A stretch of DNA of 64,000 nucleotides from Acidobacteriota bacterium. GTDB taxonomy: Bacteria; Acidobacteriota; Aminicenantia; Aminicenantales; Aminicenantaceae. The position numbers and the translations under genes were made by a program. Positions 57,023 through 64,000 of the stretch are shown piece by piece. The stretch's first letter is position 1, and each line of letters opens with the position of its first letter. A model generated the notes under the pieces. That model was not told the DNA's origin. It worked only from the letters and a program-made list of their open reading frames with translations, and searched no databases. Where the stretch lies: positions 994 through 64,993 of the forward strand of contig DAOVDI010000001.1 of the NCBI GenBank assembly GCA_030669585.1, given 5' to 3'.

Positions 57023-58252
57023 TCATTTGGCAAGGACTCTATGATATTTTTTCTTGCCGGAGCGAAGAAGAATACCTTCCGGAGTCAAGTCGTTTTCATT
57101 CACCAATCGCTCAAGACTATCTATACGCTGATCATTGATGTAAAGACCGCCCTGCTTGATCAGCCTTTTCGCCTCGCCCCTGGAACCGGTTAATCCCACT
57201 TCAGCAAACAGCTCGGCCGGGTTGATTCCTTGCTCTAGACGACTGCGGTTTATGGTTGTAGTAGGCATACCATCCAGTTCTCCGCCTGTTCCGAAAGCGG
57301 CTTCAGATGAAGCTTTTGCTTCTCTGGCCGCTGATTTGCCGTGAGAGATTATCGTGGCTTCAAAGGCCAGGATCTGTTTGGCTTCTCTGAGCTCACTCCC
57401 CTGAAGAGACTCCAGCCGTTTGATCTCGTCCATAGAAAGAAAGGTGAAGGTCTTCAAAAACGGTCCGAGATCCCTGTCATCACAATTGATCCAGTACTGA
57501 TAAAAGTCATAGGGATTGAATTTTTCCGCATCCAGCCAGACGGTCCCTGAAGCCGTCTTTCCCATTTTGGCTCCGGTCGATAAGGTCAGGAGCGGAAAGG
57601 TCATGGCCTCGACTTTGACGTTATCAACCCGCCGGATAAGGTCCACTCCAGCCAGAATGTTGCCCCACTGGTCATCGCCGCCCATCTGGAGAGTGCATCC
57701 ATAATTGCGGAACAGATAGAGAAAGTCATACGCCTGAAGGAGCTGATAGTTGAATTCTATAAAAGAAAGCCCTTTTTCCATCCTCTGCCTGTACGCTTCG
57801 GCTGCGAGCATCCGGTTCACACTGAAATGCCTGCCGATATCTCTGAGAAATTCGACATAGTTCAGCTTCAGCAGCCAGTCGGCGTTGTCCACGGCGATAC
57901 AGTTCTTGCCGTCAAAATGCAGATATCGGTCAAGCTGCGAATGGATTTGCCGGCCGTATTCACGGATGGTTTCCTCTGTCAGCATCTGCCTCAATTCGGC
58001 TTTTCCGCTTGGATCGCCGACCATGGTCGTCCCGCCGCCTACAATGGCGATGGGCTTGTGACCGGCCCGCTGCAGGTGTTTCATGGCCATAATTGGCACA
58101 AGGCTTCCAATATGAAGGCTGGTGGCCGTGCTGTCAAATCCGATATAGAATACAATAGGATCATTGCCCAGCATTTTGCGGACAGCATCATCATCCGATG
58201 TCTGAGCGATCAGGCCTCGTTCTTTCAGAATATCAAATACATTGTCACTCAT
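57023..58252 (-). CDS. tyrS: Tyrosyl-tRNA synthetase. The start is revised to the ATG at 58252, which has GGAG 8 nt upstream. The ORF-track start at 58303 adds 17 unaligned residues.
   Basis: HIGH-like region (FDSTATSLHIGSLVP), KMSKS-like KMGKT and a C-terminal S4 domain. Confidence 0.9.
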   Translation of the reverse strand: MSDNVFDILKERGLIAQTSDDDAVRKMLGNDPIVFYIGFDSTATSLHIGSLVPIMAMKHLQRAGHKPIAIVGGGTTMVGDPSGKAELRQMLTEETIREYGRQIHSQLDRYLHFDGKNCIAVDNADWLLKLNYVEFLRDIGRHFSVNRMLAAEAYRQRMEKGLSFIEFNYQLLQAYDFLYLFRNYGCTLQMGGDDQWGNILAGVDLIRRVDNVKVEAMTFPLLTLSTGAKMGKTASGTVWLDAEKFNPYDFYQYWINCDDRDLGPFLKTFTFLSMDEIKRLESLQGSELREAKQILAFEATIISHGKSAAREAKASSEAAFGTGGELDGMPTTTINRSRLEQGINPAELFAEVGLTGSRGEAKRLIKQGGLYINDQRIDSLERLVNENDLTPEGILLRSGKKKYHRVLAK

Positions 58253-58295
58253 CGCTTTTTCTCCATCCAACTCCCAGTTTATAGCATAATTCCCC

Positions 58296-58335
58296 CCATT
58301 CACTCAACTCGAATCCTCGAATCCTTTACATTAAC
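58296..58335. repeat. Fragment of the mosaic repeat family (ACTCGAATCCTCGAATCCTTTACATTAAC)
   Basis: Near-match to 2140-2168. Confidence 0.7.
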
Positions 58336-58471
58336 TATCTGATTTGTTAAAATTCATATTTAAAAATGTTATTTTTATGGGGCTTCTAAGGAAAAGATCA
58401 AACACTCCCTATTCTGGGCAAAAAATAAATAAAAAACGCTAATAGGATATCACCCTTGCAGGAGAAAATAA

Positions 58472-60571
58472 ATGGCAGAAAATCTTTATGTCACCGCAAC
58501 TGAAGCCAAGAGCGGCAAATCGGCTATATCTCTGGGGATCATGGAAATGCTCCTGAGAAATGTTAAAAAAGTGGCCTTTTTCCGTCCGTTGATCACTGTA
58601 AATTCAAACTCAAATAAAAGGGATAATGACATCGAGCTGCTCTCTTCCTACTTCAAACTGGATACTCCCTATGAAGAGATGTATGGATTCACGACAGCCC
58701 AGGCTCTGGAATACATTTCCCACGGAAAATATTCAGAGCTTCTGGAAGAAAGCGTCGCCAAGTACAAAACGCTGGAAGAAAAATATGATTTTGTGCTCTG
58801 CGAAGGGACTGACTTTGACGGGGCCACATCGGTATTTGAATTTGACATCAACGCAGATATTATCAACAACCTGGGATGTCCCGTCATTCTTGTATCGTCA
58901 GAATACAACAAAAGCGAAGACGAGACCATCAGGGCTATTGAAATGTCTACTGAGTCCCTCCATGAAAAGGCATGCAACATTGTTGCGACCATTGTCAACC
59001 GCACCAAACCAGGAAGCCACATTGTAAAAAACCTTAAAAAAAAGCTTCAGGACCAGAACCAGTTTATCTTCTCTATTCCTGAAGAAAAAACACTGAGCAA
59101 TCCTTCGATAAGACACATCGCAGAGAAACTGAATGCTAAGGTCCTGTACGGAAAAAATCAGCTTAACCGGCACGTGAAAGGATTTGGAGTGGCAGCTATG
59201 CAGTTGAGGAATGTTCTATCCAAATTCAAAGCCGGGGACATGATCATCACCCCAGGCGACCGCGCAGATTTGATCGTAGCCTTTCTCTCATCAATAACAT
59301 CCACGACCATGCCAAATATTTCCGGGATCATACTGACCGGAGGCCTGCTTCCGGAAAAACCCATCCGGAAATTGATCGAAGGATTTCCCAATATCGTTCC
59401 TATTTTAAGCGTTGAAGAAAACACTTTCGAAGCAGCCCGGCTTGCCGACAATATTCATGCTGTTATCTCCCCAAAAGATACCTCAAAGATCATGAAAGCC
59501 CTGGCTCTGTTTGAAAATAATATTGATGTTCCGGCTCTAAGGGACAGGATCATTCAGACGAAGATCACAGTTATAACACCCAAAATGTTTGAATACCGCC
59601 TTCTCCAGCGGGCCCGGGCTCAGAAAAAGCACATTGTGCTGCCGGAAGGCACTGAAGAAAGGATCCTCCGGGCAGCGGATTTCCTTCTCCGCCGCGATGT
59701 GGTTGATATATCTCTTCTTGGTCCAAAAGACAAGATCGAGAATAAAATCAAACAGCTTGGCTTGCAGTTAAACGATGTAAATATTATTGATATTACAAAA
59801 TCCGATAGATATGAATACTATACAATGACTTATCTGAATCTGAGAAAACACAAAGGCATAACGATCGAAAATGCCCATGATTTCATGTTAGATTCAAGCT
59901 ATTTTGGGACGATGATGGTTTATAAAGGCCATGCGGACGGAATGGTGTCCGGCGCAGTTCACACAACCCGCAACACACTCCGCCCGTCATTTGAATTCAT
60001 TAAAACAAAACCGGGAATTAATACTATCTCCAGTGTTTTCTTCATGTGCCTGGAAGACAGAGTTCTCGTTTATGGGGACTGTGCGGTCAATCCGGATCCA
60101 AACTCTCAGGAGTTGGCGGAAATCGCCATCAGTTCCGCACAGACCGCAAAGACATTCGGGATCGAGCCCAGAGTGGCAATGCTTTCCTACTCAACCGGTG
60201 AATCAGGAATCGGGGCCGAAGTATCCAAAGTCCGCGAAGCAACAAAAATCGCAAAAGAGATAGCAAAAAAGATCGATCCGGATTTGAAGATCGAAGGACC
60301 GCTCCAGTATGATGCTGCAATCGATCCGGTAGTGGCAAAAACTAAACTGCCTAACAGCGAGGTCGCAGGCAGAGCCACGGTCTTTATCTTTCCGGATCTT
60401 AACACGGGAAACAACACCTATAAAGCGGTTCAGAGGTCGGCCAATGCCATCGCCATCGGCCCGGTCCTGCAGGGGCTGAACAAACCGGTCAATGACCTGA
60501 GCCGCGGCTGTACGGTTTCCGATATTGTAAACACAGTGGCCATTACAGCTATTCAGGCTCAATCCGAGTAA
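58472..60571 (+). CDS. pta: Phosphate acetyltransferase, long form with an N-terminal DRTGG/AAA-like domain
   Basis: 699 aa. C-terminal PTA_PTB domain. Followed immediately by ackA. Confidence 0.9.
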   Translation: MAENLYVTATEAKSGKSAISLGIMEMLLRNVKKVAFFRPLITVNSNSNKRDNDIELLSSYFKLDTPYEEMYGFTTAQALEYISHGKYSELLEESVAKYKTLEEKYDFVLCEGTDFDGATSVFEFDINADIINNLGCPVILVSSEYNKSEDETIRAIEMSTESLHEKACNIVATIVNRTKPGSHIVKNLKKKLQDQNQFIFSIPEEKTLSNPSIRHIAEKLNAKVLYGKNQLNRHVKGFGVAAMQLRNVLSKFKAGDMIITPGDRADLIVAFLSSITSTTMPNISGIILTGGLLPEKPIRKLIEGFPNIVPILSVEENTFEAARLADNIHAVISPKDTSKIMKALALFENNIDVPALRDRIIQTKITVITPKMFEYRLLQRARAQKKHIVLPEGTEERILRAADFLLRRDVVDISLLGPKDKIENKIKQLGLQLNDVNIIDITKSDRYEYYTMTYLNLRKHKGITIENAHDFMLDSSYFGTMMVYKGHADGMVSGAVHTTRNTLRPSFEFIKTKPGINTISSVFFMCLEDRVLVYGDCAVNPDPNSQELAEIAISSAQTAKTFGIEPRVAMLSYSTGESGIGAEVSKVREATKIAKEIAKKIDPDLKIEGPLQYDAAIDPVVAKTKLPNSEVAGRATVFIFPDLNTGNNTYKAVQRSANAIAIGPVLQGLNKPVNDLSRGCTVSDIVNTVAITAIQAQSE

Positions 60572-60576
60572 GAGAC

Positions 60577-61791
60577 ATGAAAATTCTAGTCATCAACACG
60601 GGCAGCTCTTCTATCAAGTATCAGCTTTTTGATATGGACAGGGACAGCGCCATGGTCATCGGACTGGTTGAAAAGATCGGAGAGAAAAACAGTATCCTCA
60701 CTCACAAAACAATAGACCAGAATGGAGACGGCAAAGAAAAAGTTGAGACCAGTCATATTGCCGACCATACCAAAGGGCTTGCAAGAATCGTGGAACTTCT
60801 GACCGATCCCGAGTACGGGGTCATCCGTGATAAATCCGAGATCACGGCTGTCGGCCACCGTGTAGTACACGGCGGAGAGCAGTTTAAATCATCCACTGTC
60901 ATCAATGAAAAAGTTTTGAAGACCGTAAAGGACAATATACCTCTTGCTCCTCTTCACAATCCTCCTAATTTGACAGGAATCGAGGTGGCTAAAACAATAT
61001 TTCCCGGCGCCCCCCAGGTTGCTGTTTTTGATACTGCATTCCATCAGTCCATTCCTCAAAAAGCTTATTTATATGCCCTTCCTTATGACCTGTACCTCAA
61101 GAACAGGGTTCGTCGTTACGGCTTTCACGGCACATCCCATGCCTATGTCACAGTTGAGGCAGCCAAATTTATGGGTATATCCAGAGACAAGTTCAATCTG
61201 ATCACCATCCATCTGGGAAACGGCGCCAGCATGACGGCAGTAAAAAACGGCAGGAGTTTCGACACCTCCATGGGATTGACACCTCTTGAAGGCCTGGTCA
61301 TGGGAACTCGTTCCGGCGATGTCGATCCGGCGCTTCCCTTTTTCCTTGCCAGGAATCTGGATATGGACCTCAAGGATATCGACCAGCTTCTTAACAAGGA
61401 AAGTGGAATTAAAGGATTTTGCGGCATCAATGATATGCGGGAAGTGGAAGATCGAGCCCGGGCCGGAGATGAGAGGGCAAAGACAGCTCTGGATGTCTAT
61501 GCGTACAGGATCAAAAAATACATCGGCGCTTACTATGCGGCATTGGGACGGTTGGATGCCATTGTATTCACAGCCGGTATCGGCGAAAACTCCCCCCTAA
61601 TCCGCTCCATGTGCTGTAAAGACCTACAGGAACTTGGTATCAAGATTGATGAGGACAAAAACCGGGAGCGCCGCAAAGACGAGCGCGATATCAGCGCTAC
61701 CGATTCCCGGATCAGGATCCTTGTGATCCCGACCAACGAAGAAAAAAGGATCGCCCGCGAGACCAAACGGGTGATCGAACATATAAACTAG
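60577..61791 (+). CDS. ackA: Acetate kinase. Ends with a TAG stop.
   Basis: N-terminal ILVINTGSSSIKYQLF and the HLGNGASM motif. 404 aa. Confidence 0.9.
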   Translation: MKILVINTGSSSIKYQLFDMDRDSAMVIGLVEKIGEKNSILTHKTIDQNGDGKEKVETSHIADHTKGLARIVELLTDPEYGVIRDKSEITAVGHRVVHGGEQFKSSTVINEKVLKTVKDNIPLAPLHNPPNLTGIEVAKTIFPGAPQVAVFDTAFHQSIPQKAYLYALPYDLYLKNRVRRYGFHGTSHAYVTVEAAKFMGISRDKFNLITIHLGNGASMTAVKNGRSFDTSMGLTPLEGLVMGTRSGDVDPALPFFLARNLDMDLKDIDQLLNKESGIKGFCGINDMREVEDRARAGDERAKTALDVYAYRIKKYIGAYYAALGRLDAIVFTAGIGENSPLIRSMCCKDLQELGIKIDEDKNRERRKDERDISATDSRIRILVIPTNEEKRIARETKRVIEHIN

Positions 61792-61792
61792 A

Positions 61793-61812
61793 TTCCCGCA
61801 TGCGCGGGAATG
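61793..61812. terminator. REP-like hairpin ATTCCCGC-ATGC-GCGGGAAT between convergent ackA and dcp. Possible bidirectional terminator.
   Basis: 8-bp perfect stem. Relative to the copies at 2041 and 46819, the stem changed T:A to C:G on both arms (compensatory). No U-tract. Confidence 0.4.
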
Positions 61813-61821
61813 ACAAATGGC

Positions 61822-63936
61822 TTATTGTAAAAACCCCTTTCTTTTGAGAAGAGGCTCGACCTTGGGCTCGGCTCCCCGGAAAAGCTTGTACAATTCCATG
61901 GGATCATCCGTGCCACCGGCCGAATAGATGTGTTTTCTCAAGGCCCGGGCCGTTTCCTGATCAAACAGTCCTTTTTCTTTGAAGGCTTCAAAGGCATCGG
62001 CATCCAGGACTTCCGCCCAGATATAGCTGTAATATCCCGATGAATATCCACCAGCAAAAATGTGCCGGAAATAAGGGCTTCTGTAGCGGACTACGATCTC
62101 CGGGATCAAACCGATCCTGCCCATAGATTTGTTTTCAAAATCCATGCAGTCCAGTTCTTCAGCGCCGGTCAATGAGTGCCAGTCCATATCCAGATAACAC
62201 GCGGACAGATATTCCACCGCAGCGAATCCCTGGTTGAAATATTTTGCCTTTTCCATCTTGTCAAGAAGCTCCTGCGGAATGGGCTCTCCGGTCTCATAGT
62301 GCCTCGCATACATCTTGAGAACGTCCGGGTGAGCGGCCCAGTTTTCCATAAGCTGAGAAGGAAGTTCCACAAAGTCCCTGGGAACCGATGTCCCGGAAAG
62401 TGTTTCATATGTGCAGTCAGAGAGCAGTCCATGCAGAGCATGGCCAAATTCGTGGAACAATGTCAGGGCTTCCTCAAAGCTGATCAACGCCGGTTTGTCA
62501 CCTGTGGGTTTAGAAAAATTGCCCACATTGATGATCACCGGAGTAATATTTTTGCCACCTTTTTTTGACTGTTTCCGGAAGGAGTTCATCCAGGCGCCAC
62601 CTCTTTTACTGGCTCTCGGGAAGTAATCCGTATACAGGATCCCGATATGGGAGCCATCCGCCTCCTGGACCTCGAACACCTTGATGTCTTCATGGAATGT
62701 CGAAATATCCTTACGTTCAACAAACTGAATCCCCCAGAGTTTATTGGCAACACTGAATACGCCGTTAATCACGTTCTCGAGCTTGAAATAAGGCCTCAGG
62801 GCCTCATCATCCAGGTCGTATTTGGCTTTTTTGACTTTCTCCGAATAATACCACCAGTCCCAAGCCTGAAGTTTGAAGTCATTTCCCTCCTGTTCGGCCA
62901 TGGCCTGAAGTTCTTTTGCCTCCTTTTTAGCCATCTTCAAGGCAGGCTTCCATAGTTGATCAAGAAGCTTATAGACATTCTCAGGGACTTTGGCCATGTT
63001 CGGCTCGAGCACAAAATGGGCATGGGTCTTATAACCCAGAAGACCGGCTTTTTCCACGCGAAGCGCTGCCATGCGGGATGCGGTTTTCTTGTTGTCAAAT
63101 TCATTATCATTGCTGCCGCGGTTGACATAGGCCTTGAAGATCTTTTCCCGCAGATCACGTTTTTCTGAATACTGGAGAAAAGGGATCATGCTGGGTTTCT
63201 GAATAGTGAATACCCACTTCCCTTCATATCCCCGATCCTTGGCGGCTTCAGCGGCTCCCAAAACCACTGTTTCAGGCAGTCCGGCAAGATCGTCCTCGCT
63301 TTTCAGGACCATCTCAAAGGCATTGGTCTCCTTAAGGACATTCTCTCCGAACTTCAAGGAAAGAAGCGACAATTTCCTGTTGATCTCCCTCAGCTTAGCC
63401 TTCTGCTCTTCATTCAAATTAGCCCCGCCCCGAACAAAAGCTTTATATGCTTTATCGAGGAGCATATTCTGTTCAGCCGTCAGTTCAAGGCTTTTCTTCT
63501 TTTCATACACTGACTTAACCCTTGCAAATAATTTCTCATTAAGGGCAATGTCATCACCATGCTTGGAAAGAAGCGGCGCTACTTCTTTGGCGATGCTCTG
63601 CAGTTCCTCGTTCGTGTGAGCGGAGTTCAGGTTGTAGAATACACTGCTCACCTTGGTCAGCAGCTCACCAGCACTGTCAAGAGCTTCGACGGTGTTGGAA
63701 AAAGTCGCTTCCTCCGGGTTGCTGACAATGGCATCAATCTCTGCCATCTCCTTTTTCATCCCCTCTTTAAAAGCCGGCATATAATGTTCGACCTTTATCC
63801 TTTCAAACGGCGTGGTTTCAAAGGGCGTGTTAAAAGCGCTCAAGAGAGGATTCTCCTCTTCTTTATCTACTGCTTTTTTCGAGCAGGCACCGGCAACCAG
63901 CCCGGCGATCATAATCATGAGTACTATCTTTTTCAT
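61822..63936 (-). CDS. dcp: M3-family peptidyl-dipeptidase / oligopeptidase (Dcp-like), lipoprotein
   Basis: HEFGH zinc motif (LFHEFGHALHGLLS). Signal peptide with a lipobox (LVAGACS). Confidence 0.85.
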   Translation of the reverse strand: MKKIVLMIMIAGLVAGACSKKAVDKEEENPLLSAFNTPFETTPFERIKVEHYMPAFKEGMKKEMAEIDAIVSNPEEATFSNTVEALDSAGELLTKVSSVFYNLNSAHTNEELQSIAKEVAPLLSKHGDDIALNEKLFARVKSVYEKKKSLELTAEQNMLLDKAYKAFVRGGANLNEEQKAKLREINRKLSLLSLKFGENVLKETNAFEMVLKSEDDLAGLPETVVLGAAEAAKDRGYEGKWVFTIQKPSMIPFLQYSEKRDLREKIFKAYVNRGSNDNEFDNKKTASRMAALRVEKAGLLGYKTHAHFVLEPNMAKVPENVYKLLDQLWKPALKMAKKEAKELQAMAEQEGNDFKLQAWDWWYYSEKVKKAKYDLDDEALRPYFKLENVINGVFSVANKLWGIQFVERKDISTFHEDIKVFEVQEADGSHIGILYTDYFPRASKRGGAWMNSFRKQSKKGGKNITPVIINVGNFSKPTGDKPALISFEEALTLFHEFGHALHGLLSDCTYETLSGTSVPRDFVELPSQLMENWAAHPDVLKMYARHYETGEPIPQELLDKMEKAKYFNQGFAAVEYLSACYLDMDWHSLTGAEELDCMDFENKSMGRIGLIPEIVVRYRSPYFRHIFAGGYSSGYYSYIWAEVLDADAFEAFKEKGLFDQETARALRKHIYSAGGTDDPMELYKLFRGAEPKVEPLLKRKGFLQ

Positions 63937-63964
63937 CTTACTACCTCCATTTAATAATATTATT

Positions 63965-64000
63965 ATAATAACCCAAAGAACACAACGAACTCAAAGATCT
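63965..64000. repeat. Start of another mosaic-repeat copy at the window edge
   Basis: ataacccaaagaacacaacgaactcaaagatct matches the reverse complement of arm modules at 46745-46775. Confidence 0.6.

Overview
This 64-kb window looks like a chromosomal segment from an anaerobic bacterium, with an overall architecture resembling Deltaproteobacteria. The pointers to that lineage are rpsA followed by ihfB, the long DRTGG-type pta next to ackA, a tungsten-type aldehyde:ferredoxin oxidoreductase, fabF next to fabK, and a thiM-thiE-thiL operon. Most of the window is densely packed housekeeping genes: glnS, trpS, tyrS, pyrE, ispH, rpsA, ihfB, scpAB, fabF, fabK, thiMEL, serC, pta-ackA, a long GAPDH, an acyl-CoA dehydrogenase, a PpiD-like chaperone, and M3, M29 and M50 peptidases.

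The unusual parts fall into seven groups:
- A complex family of dispersed mosaic intergenic repeats. It includes phased 10-bp decamer arrays, short hairpins whose copies differ by compensatory substitutions, and a roughly 110-nt module present in three copies with covarying stems that looks like a structured RNA.
- An in-frame TAG inside an otherwise intact glutaminyl-tRNA synthetase gene, in a genome that demonstrably uses TAG as a stop codon elsewhere.
- An AT-rich island carrying a Na+/solute symporter, a SAM methyltransferase and an alanine racemase-GNAT fusion, bounded by an IS3-family remnant.
- A MerR regulator paired with a B12-binding radical-SAM enzyme.
- A RelE/ParE toxin with a ribbon-helix-helix antitoxin.
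- A two-gene surface module ending in a 1519-aa PQQ/beta-propeller giant protein.
- A cluster of a GapN-like aldehyde dehydrogenase, a 1408-aa protein that carries a PPDK-type ATP-grasp domain and phospho-histidine swivel domain but no PEP-binding barrel behind an 840-aa novel N-terminal region, and an unusually long GAPDH.

No rRNA, tRNA or CRISPR array was recognised.
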